A stretch of DNA of 64,000 nucleotides from Chlorokybus atmophyticus (taxonomy: Eukaryota; Plantae; Mesostigma and Chlorokybus algae). Below the pieces are notes generated by a model. It was not told the origin of the DNA. It saw nothing but the letters and a program-made list of their open reading frames with translations, and made no database searches. Where the stretch lies: NCBI GenBank assembly GCA_009103225.1, contig RHPI01003788.1, positions 273,582 through 337,581 of the forward strand, in the 5' to 3' direction. Below, in pieces: positions 24,565-37,510 of this stretch. The position numbers were made by a program, and so were the translations under genes. Numbering within the stretch: position 1 is the first letter of the stretch; the number at the start of each line of letters is the position of its first letter.

Positions 24565-27500
24565 TACCAGGTACACTATGGTTGAACGGTTCAACTTGAA
24601 CCGCAACGGTGTATATACCAGTTAGGTATTGAGCTTAACTTGATAGCAACTGAACTCTTGCAAATAGGTTGGCGCTAAAAACGATTTCGTCGATCAAACC
24701 ATGTAAGATACCGTAGTTGTCAACGCCTACCACGGTTAATTCGTTACCGTGGTAGGATCAACAAATCTAGATCTGCAAACGCAGCTAGCAGCAGCAGGCG
24801 CGCTTGGTGCGCACAACCACTGCACGGCTGCTGGCCAGGGCGATGGCGATGACAGCGGCGATGGATCCGCCGCCGCCGCCGTTGCTTGCGCTTCGTTGTC
24901 GGGCATATGCCACCTCTGACCAACGAGTAGCCTCCTATGCAGCCACTGCCTGCTGCTTTGCGCTAGCTCACCTGCCACTCCACCGCGCCTTAGCCTGCTC
25001 TTCAGCTCGCCTGCTCCTACACGCCTGCCCGTTTGTGCATGCTCATACATGACATTCCAAATAACTTGGTGAATAAGTCAGTGCCTGCTTGTTTTGTGCT
25101 CGCCGTGGTGCATGTAGCTTGTCTGCATGGCAGTGCGCCTGCAGGTACTACTGGCTATGCTTGTCGCCATGTTGTTGCCAACACTCTTGGTGTTGCTGTT
25201 GAGCTTGATATTGTAGATGTGCCTTACAGGTTGAAGGCCTTCACCACTTGTCATGCTGTGTAGGCCGCTTGCCAGGCATTGCCTGCAGGTACTGCCGTCG
25301 CTATTTAATGCTGCTGCTGCTGCTGCGCAGTTGCTTTTGTCGTCGTCCTTGCCGTTGCTTGAGCTCACATTTTGCGGTTGGTGCTGACAGGGTTAAGTTA
25401 AGGGTAGTCAATGGCAGCTTGCTTTTCACACATTCGTCAGTGCCCCACAACTCTTTGCATGTGTGCTCAGTGCTTTGCAATGTTTCAACCCCTCCAGGCA
25501 AGTTGCTGTCTGCTTTTGCTCGTCAGTTACCTGCTTGCTTGTCTGCTCTATTAGCCTGCTTAACTAATGCATATGGCTTTGCGTGTTGGTGTTGCGTTCT
25601 CATTTGTTGTTTTTTAAGCTGTATTTGGTCTAGCAAGCTGACGCCATCAAGCTTATAGCAGAGCTAGTCATGACATCATTTATGTTGGCAGCAGCTTTGT
25701 TGGCTACTGAAACGCAATCAACCAGCTAGAGCTCTTCTGGTGCGTTTAATGGTCGTCCACTCTGCGGATTAACTCGACGAGTATGGCCTGCACCTGCTGC
25801 CAGTGTGTGCGTCAATGCTCGTCATTGTGCCTATGGCTGTTTCACATGTTGTTGCTGGCAAATTCTTGGCTTCCTCCACTTTCAGTACTGATTTCACTGC
25901 TTTTATGCTGACTTGCTTTTCACATTGACTAACGTTTTGTGCAATGACTGATTGTTAGATGGTGACCATGATGCTGATTGCTGGCACGTGTAGGAGGGAG
26001 GTAGGCTTAAGGAGCCACCACACAGATTCACGAAGTTTTATGCTAAACACACGCTTGCTACTTGATGCATGGGCACGCACACATGCACACACACACACAC
26101 ATGCACACACACGCACACGCACGCGTGCATGTGTGCACGCCTGCAGGCTTCAAGGCAGGCATGCCCGCATGTTCTCGCACAATTGCACACGTCAGCCTGC
26201 ACGCACATGCAAGCTTGTGCACAGATGTGCAGGCGTGCAAGCTTGTACGCACGCATGTACATACTTGCACACATACGTATGCATGGTGCCCTTCAGGCGT
26301 TCTGACATGCATGGGCACGCGCACATATGTAAATTGTCCAGGCGTGCAAGGGTGCAGGCTTGTAGGTGTAGTGCTAAGGAGGCCTAGATTTTGCTGCAGT
26401 CCGTTTTGATCCTGAACAAGGGCAAGCCTGTGGGCACAGTTGTGGCCAAGGACCCTGAAGCAGATTTCCTCGACTTTGCCCAGGTGTGAAGCACATGCGG
26501 CTATAAGACTGTGTGTGTTGATGTTGATGGTGTAGAAGCAAACAGTCATCTCAAGCTGTCGATGCTGTTCTAGGTCTTCATGCAAGACTTTGTGTCGTCC
26601 GGGCTAGTTTTTATAATTATAGGGATGCCAAAGATTGTGGAGGGCGTGCGCATGCTGCCAGCTCCGAAAATGCAGGTGCGTACACATGCAATTCACGTAT
26701 GCAACTGTATGCGTGAGGGCATGCGCATACGCATACGCATACGCATACGCATGGATGCTCATGCTTGCATACTACTCTCCAGGCCTGCAAGTGCGCGGGA
26801 GTGGACCTCCTCTTATGCACGCGTGTAGTATTGCTCTTGTCTCCTGCAGGCGTTCACACGTGCTGCACATTTTCAGGGCGTGCAGGAGTTCAGGCATGTC
26901 CCCTGCATTAAGCGCACAAATGCTACTTTGCATGTGCACTTCTGCAGCTGCCGGCGTTCAGGCGTGCTGCATGCCTTCCAGGTGTGGAGGCGTTTAGGCG
27001 TACGCATTGGCTGGTGGTGGAGTTTCCGCACACACATGTACTGCCTGTAAACACATTTAATATGTAGTTGTATAGTCTGTGATGTTGTATAATCAGGTAG
27101 ATTACTCTGAACATTGCCAACATTGCCAACATTGTTTGTGATGCCTGTGACTGTTAACTTAGTGCTTGTTACTGGTTTTTAACACAATGTAAGCTAAATG
27201 CACATTGCAAGACCATGATTGAACCGTGTACGAAATGATACCAGCAGACCATACAAGACCAGTATTGCATCATGCATCGGCTGCATTTTTGCATGTTCAA
27301 TGCGAAAAACAACTCCCAATGTTGATCCTGCTGTTGGGCACCAGTATTAGCATGTACGAATAGCGATTGCGAAAACTCCGGCCAATACTGTACCCGGCGA
27401 CTGGTACCAATATAAGCCTGTACTGTGATGTCAGCAAAAACGGCCAATATTGCGGCCGTCAATTGCCGCGGCCCACCACGACAGTGCTTGGATCGGGGAC

Positions 27501-27678
27501 CAGTACCAGTTCCCGCCGATTGGCCAGTTTCGAGACTGGTCCGCGGGTCTCGTGGACCTGCTAAAGTATAGTATAGTATACAGGAGACGGCCTTCTTCGG
27601 GCTGCATTCGACGGCTTTGTAACTACTCTTGTATTTAGTAACTACAAAGAATTGGCGGCTGCTGTGCGCTCGGCAGTG

Positions 27679-27679
<1 letters not shown>

Positions 27680-27741
<62 letters not shown>
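27680..27741. repeat. (TA)n microsatellite
   Basis: Direct reading. Confidence 0.98.
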
Positions 27742-27745
<4 letters not shown>

Positions 27746-28464
27746 AAACGTAAATAATAAATATATGTACAAAGTAAATACAAACACCGTTGGATCGATG
27801 CGGCGTTGACCGCTCGATGCTTCGATACATATTTCTTTCATTTATTGCCGATCTTCGCCGTGCTCCGCCGTGCGTTACAATACACAAGAAACACCTTTAC
27901 GTACCGTGTGTACCGTACAAACAGTACACCTTTGCGTACCGTACTCTAAGCTGCCCCCCCCCCCCCCATCCCCCCCGTTTTGTACTGTGCATCTAATTGA
28001 TTACACAGAGCGCCACATAGATGCCTCTAAAGCAAATGTATATATTTAGAGCACTGTGTAGCTATTTAGATACATACATTTATCAGAGCAAACAAAGTTG
28101 CGGTAAGTAAGGTTAGAGTTTTCATTGGTCGGCAGCCGTTGGGGGCGGCGGCATGGGCGGCTTGGGGGCGGCGTGGGTGGGCTACATATGTGACAATGAT
28201 GGCCACCATAGACATGTAGCTAGTATGTATAAGCCTGTTGTTGACAATGTTAATGGCATACATGAGCTTGTTTCATTGCGATAGGGTCTTTTTGTGGCTG
28301 TTTACAAGCGCCACATGTTTGGGAGCTGATGTTACCCCCTTGAAGCTAATCCATCCACCACCTCCCTCTCCTCATGCTCCCCCCCCGCCCCCACCGCCCC
28401 CACCTCCCCCTCAACCTCCATCATCACAACCCCAATCGCGACAAGAGGGTAAGTCACAAACACA

Positions 28465-29160
28465 CATGGTGTGTGTGTGGGTGTGTATGCGCGTGTATAT
28501 GTGCGCTCGTTACATGTTTGTGAGCGTGCGTGCGTGCACGCATGCGTATGCTCGTGCTCGTCTGCGTGCGGACGCATATGTGCGCATGTGTACCTTGCGA
28601 CAATGTGTGCGCGCATGCAAGCTGGTGTCGGGACAGGAGTGTATGCTCGTGTGCGCGCGTGTACGTGTATGCATACGTGCATCCGCATACACGCGTGCGT
28701 GTGTATGCGTGCATGCGCGTGTGTATGCTCATGTGCGCATATGCATACACGCGTTTACGTGTATGCATCTATGCATCTGCATACACGCGCGTGTGTGTAT
28801 GTGTATGGGCGTGTGTGGGTATGAATGCGCGTCGTATATGTGTGTGCGCTCATCACATGCGTGCGTACGTGCGTGAGCGCGCGTGTATATGCTTGTGGTC
28901 GCTATGTGCGCATGTGTTGTGTGGACGCTATGCGCTTATGTGTATGCGGCAATGTGTGTACGCATGCAAGCTAGTGTCGGGGCGGGCGTGGAGGCATGTG
29001 AGTTTGCATGTAGACATATGCATATGCACGTATGCATGCCCGCATGTGTATGTGTATGGGCATGTGTGGGCGCCAAGGCTATTGTGCGCGTGCACGCATG
29101 CGTGTACGTGTGTGTGAATGTGTATATCATGTATAGGATGATGCCTGTGTGGCGTGTGTG
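28465..29160. repeat. Degenerate (GT/GC/AT) purine-pyrimidine alternating tract
   Basis: Direct reading; it produces spurious C/V/R/A/H-rich ORFs. Confidence 0.9.
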
Positions 29161-29199
29161 TGATATGTATTGTACAAACTCATGTGCTGACATTGATAT

Positions 29200-31587
29200 G
29201 TGAACAGACAATGAGGAAATTGGAGCGGGGCACCCCGTATATGAAGAAGCTTCTAAGCGAGTGCGCTTGTATGCACCAGAACTAGTTTGCAACAATGTCA
29301 GCCAAACGTGGCAGCTCAAGTAACCATTGCAACTTATGCACTGGCCCGATATACGAATGCCAATGACAAACCCTTTGTTGGCTGTCAAGACAAAAGAGGC
29401 CTGCACGCCATCAACCTTCGACAAGAAAGACTGTTATGTAGATGATGTTAACACCATTATGGTGTAATCTTGTTGGCATGGGTGTATGCCCGTATGCATG
29501 CGTGCGTGGGGTTAAGCATCTACTAGGTGGCACGCGTGTGGATGTAGAATGTCATGCGATGAGGGCTGCTTGATGTTCAAGTGCATATGCAGGTGACATA
29601 CTGGGTGCCTCGTGTTTTTTTCAATTAATATGTGAAGCAATACTCCCGCATGTAACAAGAAGGCCATCACATCTGATGGGTGGTATAAACACATGCGCAA
29701 GGTCACAGGGCTACGTGGTAGTAACTGGCTCTATGGCATGAGTCTGAGCTGCAAAAAGTGTACAGGTACGCATTGTCACACATGCATTGCGTATACACAC
29801 ACATTGCTAGCACATATGTAAATGCTTGCATGTTGATTCAACATGCAAGCATTTACATATGTGCAAATGGTATTGCAGGTAATGAAAGTAGAGACTTTAC
29901 TTGTCTCATATACAATTATACAATTATCGAATCCTTGGGCGGCTGCCAACATTTGTGCGAGACGAGTTCAAGATTCTGTTGACACCACGAGTAGGGTTAA
30001 GAAAAGACTTATTCGATTTTATTACGAGAGCCATAGTATGTGGTCAATCACTCCACGATGTATGCGAGCAACTCAAAGAGAGTCATCGCACCGACTACAC
30101 ACGGGTACATTGTTCTAATCTGGTATTGTATGCTCTTCGGCACAGTGATTGCATGCTTGAGCACTCAAATTAACCATAATTACGTCTTTTCTTAGTAAAT
30201 GCAGACGCTATTAGTGTACACTGAAATTTGGGAGTACCTGCACAAACCCGGTGATGCATTATCTTATCTTTGTACTACATCCATGCCGTCGCCGCCTGCG
30301 TTTGAAGTCTTTGATGATCCCAAGGGATGGCGCGGGTACGTGCCAAGCGCTGAGTACCTGACTCAGCAATACATTAAGCATGGTCAAGCAAGACGTGAAT
30401 GGCAACAAAAGAGGATGACGACACTTGGTGGAGCTATACTAGCTGTGGATCATACATACTTTAAATTGCCCAAATTTGTGCGACAAGAAGGACGTAAGGT
30501 GGCGGAAGATGTTTTCACACTTTATAACGAAACCAAGCAAGTGTGGTTGCATTGATTTGCGACTGCTGTGATTAAGTTTGATAGATTGTGCGGTCAGTTG
30601 GGTGAACACAATCACCCACACACGAACTGTCTATGGGTGATTGGATGGTACCTGGCTAGCTCATCCAGATTGGCCAAAGTCGTCCCAGCCTTGCCAATGA
30701 TTATTAAGCGTGCATACTACGCTGTGCATCAACAAGTGAGACGCACGTGCACGCCGCAGTGTTTGCTATAAAGCAATGAGTGTGCTTGCATATGCATGAA
30801 CAAAACTGTGTGCAGTCATTGAAGGTGGTGTGTTGTGATAACTCGACAAGCATGGAGATGTTCTTACTCCAAGGTTTCGGGTTGGACCATCTTTTGGTTT
30901 TGAAAGATCCATGGCATTTTAGAAATATTTTAGAAACAGCATTACAGAAACAGCACACAACCCCTCACCTCCTGACCACGTTGGTGCCACCCTATTAGAA
31001 CACGCTCTCTCACAGCAGACCAGCAACACAACTTAAGTAAGTAGTAGCTGCATGTTAATGCAATCATAACGTGGTGTTCAATGTGGACATGACCGACAAC
31101 CGTTGTAGGCACAAGCCACACCGGCAACGGATTATAACCCCTCTCGTTCAAGCAGCTTCAACGCCACAGCAAACCAACCACAACATGTGTCTTCTCAGCA
31201 TGACAGCAACACCACAAGTTAAGTAAGTGGTGTGCGTGCGAACGTGCAAGTTTGTGCGAGCGCTCGCGCGATCGAGGGCGCGTGCGTGCGTGCGTGCGAA
31301 TGAGTGCGTGCGTTTGTGCAAACGTGCATCGGTGAGTGCGTGCGAGTGGGTGAGCGTGCATGCGTTGATTTGTGCGTGCATACGTGCGAACGTGCGAGCG
31401 AGCGTGCGAGCGAGTGCGCGTACGTGCGTGCGTGCATGCGTGCGAACGTACGAGCGTGCATGCTAGCGAGCGTGCAAGCGAGCACGCGAGCGAGGGCGCG
31501 TAGGTGCGTGCGTGTGCGAATGAGTGTGCGTGCATGCGTGCGACCGGATGTCGGTGCAAGCATGCGTGTGTGCAAGCGAGCGAGGGC

Positions 31588-31618
<31 letters not shown>

Positions 31619-33006
31619 AGTGAGTGTGCGTGCATGCGTGCGTGCAAAAGTGCGTCGGTGCGAGCGAGCAAGCGTGCGTGCGTGCGCGCGTGCGTGCGTG
31701 CGTGCGTGCTTCGGTGAGTGCGTGCGAGCGGGTGAGCGTGCGTGCAGTGGTTCGTGCGTGCGAGCGAACGAACGTGCGAGCGTGTGTATGAGCATGCATG
31801 TGGAGCATGAATGCGAGGTTGCACGCGTGCGTGTGCGCCAGCGTGCGGGTTAGCGTGCGCGTGTGCATGAGCGTGAGTGTGCGCGTGTGCGTGCATGCTT
31901 GCGCATATGTGTGCCAATTTTATACGTTGTCATTTACAGATTGAGGAGGTCATCGATGATGAGTTGTACAATTACTTCACCCTTTTTTAGCAGGAGCGGG
32001 TCGCGACACAGCAAGTAAGTACCGCAATGCAAGTCAATTGGCAAAGGTTTAAGTGTGGTAATGTTAATCGTGATGCAGGGTGTCAGGCAAGCACACAACT
32101 CATCACACGATGCTGATCTCCTTGCCGAAGGCACGCGAAGAATGAGCATAACACCACGTCCTCCAAGGCCAGCGTGGCGACTGAGCCCACGCATTCCAAC
32201 TCAATCCGTCAGCAACGTCAATGCACGCAATGAAGGTGTGGCAAGTTTCTAAACTAGGGTTCTCATTTGCGGTCATACGAAACTCCGCAGACGCACATGC
32301 GGCGTGCATGTACGTGCTTGTTGTATGCGCATACATAGCCACAAATGCTCCATGCACGTGAATATAAACATGTCGTTCACAATGAATTTGCTTAGGCACT
32401 CAACCTGGAGCATCGAAGAATGCAGCGCATGGAGCACAACGCAATTTGAAGGTGCGCTCGGGTGTGTTGCACAAAAAGAAACCCATCAATTTTGCACGAC
32501 ACATTGCAAACGCCGAAGAACGACGGATGTGGTTTAAACTACACCAAGCGTCCACAAACAACACTGGCAAAACCGATTGGGACGCTATGTGTAGGGAGTG
32601 GAATTAGGGTTAAGTGAACAGGTAGCTCAAAAGAATGGCCGCGAGATCTATTGAAAGTGCAAGCATTATCTGCAAGCGTTTGAACGCCAGCTAGTCAAAG
32701 ACTTGGTGGAAAACGAGCATGTAACCATGCGCAATGCTATGCAGGGTTTTTTTGCAGACACTACCAGCGTCACTCCTCTGAGTGCAACAGCACATTGCAA
32801 ACCAACCCAAAGCCGAGCCTCCTCAAGCTCAGCGCCAATCAACCCGCCGCCAGCTACAGTCACGTGTCATGCGTAAGGACTTCGCGCATTGGCGGGAGTG
32901 CCCCTTTAAGGATGTCACCAAGTTCCCGTGGCCTCCACTGTTGAGCGACATCTGTGGGCCAGACTGCAAAACGAATTGCCGAGTAGCAGGAGATTTGCGA
33001 GTGTAG
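29200..33006 (+). pseudogene. Intron-split, decayed DDE-like transposase gene (DUF6729-like N-terminus)
   Basis: Segments translate to TYWVPRVFF...PACNKKAITSDGWYKHMRKVTGL...WLYGMSLSCKKC; RILGRLPTFVRDEFKILLTPRVGL...LKESH; FDDPKGWRGYVPSAEYL...GAILAVDHTYFKLPK (30448)...FTLYNETKQV; VVCCDN...LKDPWH (30906); GKTDWDAMCREWN...EIY*KCKHYL. Several stops and frameshifts. The family assignment is from memory of motifs, not a search. Confidence 0.65.
31240..31910. repeat. (GCGT)n/(GCGA)n microsatellite inside a presumed intron
   Basis: Direct reading; flanked by GTAAGT at ~31223 and TTACAG at ~31938. Confidence 0.92.
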
Positions 33007-33045
33007 AGTCTCATCAGCGCTAGAGATTCAGATTCATCTTGCTTC

Positions 33046-33079
<34 letters not shown>

Positions 33080-33137
33080 CCTCCCCTATAATGCACTTAA
33101 AATGAATATGAATGCACAGCTTTTCGCACAGATGCAT

Positions 33138-33582
<445 letters not shown>

Positions 33583-34351
33583 CTATACCCTTGTCCACTT
33601 GCACCAACGACAGGATTTCAAGCCCAAGTGTAAGTCCACGCGCTGTACCGTTTGCTAGTTTCGCCTAAATGCACGCCGCCGCCGCCCACGCCGCCGCCGC
33701 TGCCAAGAACGGGCGCCAAGTTGCAACTACTGACAACTTACCACACTTGCATTTAGAGGTTACTTAGGTTTCGTAATTGATATCATACTGTATGATTCAT
33801 ACAGCCAAATGTATGCCGAAAAAGTACGGTACCTACTGCACAGTGCCTGAGGTACCGTATTAACGCATAACGGCAGTCAGCGAATGCGGTAAATACTATG
33901 ATGAAACTGGACATCGGCAGCCCAAAGAGCACTGGAAGCATGCGAGGATGTTGTGAAAAACTTGTTGAATTTTGTAAAAAAAGTGGGCCCGACGCTGTAT
34001 TTACTTGAAATTAGGCCCGAAATATTAAATACAAACGCTTAAGGACAATGGTCTGATCCGCCGGGCCCCCTCGCGGTCCGTCGGAAAATTGCCTTGTGGC
34101 TCCTCCGCCAGCGCCACCTCACTAAGTGGTAAAACCTTCTGCACAGACCACGGTATGATGAGCCCATGCATGTAAGCTGACAGTTGCACCATACACGGTG
34201 TTCAACTCTGTGGATCAATTGCCCACCGTTCGCGTTGCTTAGATCAACGGTTACAAAAGGCTAAGCCTTCTAGTCTAGCCTCTGCACAAAACCATCTTAA
34301 GGAAACTACATAAGTCAATTTAGCATGTATTCTAGCATCTAGACATAGGGT

Positions 34352-34720
34352 GAGGTCGCCGATGAGGCCCTCACTTATCTCCTGCATGCTTGTTGCGCAG
34401 GCTGTGGATTGATGGGATTTATCGTGTGAACCTGTCACTGCATCGCCTCCACGAGCAGCCATGAAGGGTGCAATTGGTGTGTTCATCGGCACCTCACTCA
34501 ATAGCTGGGCACGTCGACTTTTGCTTAGCCGATGCGCGGTCGCCGGTGTGGCCCTCACTTGTCTCCTTCATGGTTGTTGCGCAGGCTGTGGATTAATGGG
34601 ATTTATCGCGTGACCCCGTCATTGCATCGCCTCCACGCGCAGCCATAAAGGGTGCAATTGGTGTGTTCATAGGCACCTCACTCAATAGCTTGGCACATTC
34701 CCTTTTGCTTAGCCGATGCG
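34352..34720. repeat. ~184-bp tandem duplication
   Basis: GTTGCGCAGGCTGTGGATT at 34392 and 34576; the units align over their whole length. Confidence 0.92.
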
Positions 34721-34734
34721 CCAGCAGTGATCCA

Positions 34735-34836
34735 CTTCACTCATTATTATTGGCTCACGCACGTGAGCATTAACAATCGCACCGTGCATGGGACTGTCAA
34801 TGCTCACGTGCGTAAGCCAACAATAATGGAGTGAAG
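34735..34836. repeat. 41-bp-arm hairpin (19-nt loop)
   Basis: 34735-34775 pairs with 34795-34836 with 3 transitions and one 1-nt bulge. Confidence 0.92.
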
Positions 34837-35239
34837 CGTGCGTCAATGATGGTCCGCCCAATTACTTTACAACGGACAAAAACAGGACCATATATGGTTC
34901 AGCACTCATATGGAGGACCGACCATGAATGGTCCGTACTCTCTCAGACCATCGGACCAAGAAGTGCTTGGTTACGTTAAGGACCATGTATGATCCGAAAT
35001 CGTATGAAAACATGAACAAAAGCTTATTATAGCGGCAGACCATGTATGGTGCGTACTGGCCTATAAGTTGGGCGTGCACCAGCGATGGTCGGCCCAATGG
35101 TTCTGGTTTCGACCAGCCACATGGATATTATTCAACAAAACATATATGGTTCGGCATTGTTGTTGTCCAAACCACGCATTGACGTACACCCATTGACAGT
35201 CGGACCGGCAATATCCCTGCTCCCGCTGCGGCCCATGTA

Positions 35240-35716
35240 CAGTCTACCCCCATGAAGAATCACGTTTAACTTTCACCTTTGCATTCCACGAACGGGGTTA
35301 TTCTCTTGGCACTTATAAAAATATATATTCTTTTACCGTAAACTGGATATATATGCCACTAACAGAGGTGTTGCCTGATAACCTTAAGCTACGTAATTAT
35401 ATGTTGACGTGGCACAAAAGTAATCGACAAATATTAATTACCATTTATGTCACATACGACATCATATATGAATTTTGTGACATGTTAATTTTAATAATTA
35501 AAAAATAAGCATGCTTAACAAGGTATCCCTCGGTATAAGACTGAGCCCACTTGAAATTTTAAGCCTTCGCTTTAGTCTTATTACGTACAAGACAGTAGTC
35601 TTGTACTCCACTAACTGATGATGTTTGCCTGTAAAACCATTAGTCTTTTGCAATTCTATGATCTTAATGGGGTTATTCTCTTAAACCGAAGTCTTGTAAT
35701 GGTCGGGGGTAGACTG
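35240..35716. mobile_element. pogo-type MITE, family B (477 bp)
   Basis: TA-CAGTCTACCCCC...GGGGGTAGACTG-TA; AT-rich interior different from family A but sharing the GGGGTTATTCTCTT motif. Confidence 0.9.
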
Positions 35717-35792
35717 TATGGTCTGAACTTTCGCCAATAGGACCAGTGCATTGTCTGGTCCGGCAGGTCTGGTGCGCGACTGCGCAATGGTA

Positions 35793-36266
35793 CAGTCTAC
35801 CCCCTTTAAGAGCATACCGTTTATCCTCCGCTATCTCACGCTCTTGGCGGGGTAATTCTCTTAACGTCCAAGAGCATACTATGCTCTTGGGTGTCAAGAG
35901 CCTAAATATGCTTTAAGCGCGGTTTCATCACGCCCATCACGCCCATTGCGCCATGCGTATCACGCCACGCCTGTCGCGCCATCACGCTCGTCACGCTAAC
36001 TGTGCGTCACACCTCAACTATCACGCCCTATTCATCACGCGCGCGCGTTACGCGTTATGCCACACCCGTCACGCATTACTCCCCCGACTTTGCAATATCG
36101 CTCATTAAAACTTGCAAAAATTGCATGAAATAAAAATATGCTCTTCGCGGTTAAGCACATTCTCTTAGGAACCAACATTTGCCTGTATTCCGTTTGATAA
36201 TCTCATTTTCTATGCTGTTAGCGGGGTTATTCTCTTGGAGCGAAGTCTCTAAGCGGGGGTAGACTG
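35793..36266 (-). mobile_element. pogo-type MITE, family A, inverted copy (474 bp)
   Basis: TIRs CAGTCTACCCCC with TA both sides; reverse complement of family A with a small internal insertion. Confidence 0.93.
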
Positions 36267-36376
36267 TATTTGGAGCCTCGAACGAACCAACAACGGACGG
36301 TCTTCCGCGGATTAGGCAGTTTCGGCCCGCGGCGTACGCACCATGCATGGTACGCGGGGTACGCGAAAGGACCATA

Positions 36377-36837
36377 CAGTCTACCCCCGCTAAGAGACTT
36401 CGTTGCAAGGGAATAACCCCGCTAATAGCACAGAATATGAAATTACCAAACGTTTTACAGGCAAATGTTGGTGCCCAAGAGAATATGCTTAACCGCAAAG
36501 AGCATATTCTTATGACATGTAATTCTTGCAAGTTTTAGTGAGCAATATTTCAAGGTTGGGGGAGTAGTGCGTGACGGGTGTGGCATAACGCGTGACGCGC
36601 GTGATGAATATGGCGTGATGGTTGAGGTGTGACGCGCAACTAACGTGACGAGCGTGATGGCGCGACGGGCGTGGCATTATACGCTTGACACAACGGGCGT
36701 GATGAAACCACGCTTAAAGCATATTTATGCTCTTGACACCCAAGAGCATAATATGCTCTAGAACGTCAAGAGAATTACCCCGCCAAGAGCATAAGATAGC
36801 GGAGGATAAACAGTATGCTCTTAAAGGGGGTAGACTG
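36377..36837 (+). mobile_element. pogo-type MITE, family A (461 bp)
   Basis: TIRs CAGTCTACCCCC with TA both sides; colinear with 9962-10422. Confidence 0.95.
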
Positions 36838-36879
36838 TACCTGGTCTTGGAACGTCAAGCCGTGTGCCAGATTATAAGG

Positions 36880-37510
36880 ACAGTGTAGTTATCAGCTCTA
36901 TACGACTACAGTCTACCACTGCTATAATCAAATTCATCAATGGAATAACCCCATCACAAGATTGAAATCTTAAAGGATCAATGTCCGCCTTGCTACATTG
37001 CTACGGGCATACGAATGATGTTCGTCGCATAGGAAATGTAAAAGTATATGCTAATTTCCGTTTTAATGTGGCCGCTGCACGAGGAAACAACGGCGCTATA
37101 CGTATACAAACGCAATCTGTAACATTTCTACCACCTTGCATTTGATGAATCATTTATACATAGTATTGTGTATGTATGCAATACATGACATATTTATTTG
37201 ACACATAAGTACAGTGTAGTGAGAATCAGCTCGATACAACTACAATCTACCGCTGCTATAATCAAAATCTTCGACGGAATAACCCCATCACAAGATTGAA
37301 ATCTCTGAGGATCGATGTCCGCCTTGCTACATTGCTACGGGCATAAAAATGATTTTCGTCGCATAAAAAATGTAAAAGTAGATGCTAATTTCCGTTTTAA
37401 TGTGGCCACTACACAAGGAAACAACGGCGCTCTACGTATACAAACGCAATCTGTAACATTTTTAACACCTTGAATTTGATGTATTATCTATACATGTTAT
37501 TGTATCTATG
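36880..37510. repeat. ~334-bp tandem duplication, each unit containing a TA-CA(G/A)TCTACC TIR-like start
   Basis: TACAGTCTACC at 36907 and TACAATCTACC at 37241; both units carry GGAATAACCCC, as in MITE family A. Confidence 0.88.

Noticed and set aside
24726-24770. Hairpin with TTCG loop followed by CTAG (Helitron-like 3' end)
   Set aside because: CTAG is followed by A rather than T, and no 5' TC end or Rep/helicase sequence is identifiable.
28238-29203. Multiple overlapping 100-210 aa ORFs
   Set aside because: Products of a stop-poor alternating GT/GC/AT tract; the same applies to 31158-31917, 25959-26409 and 18126-18673.
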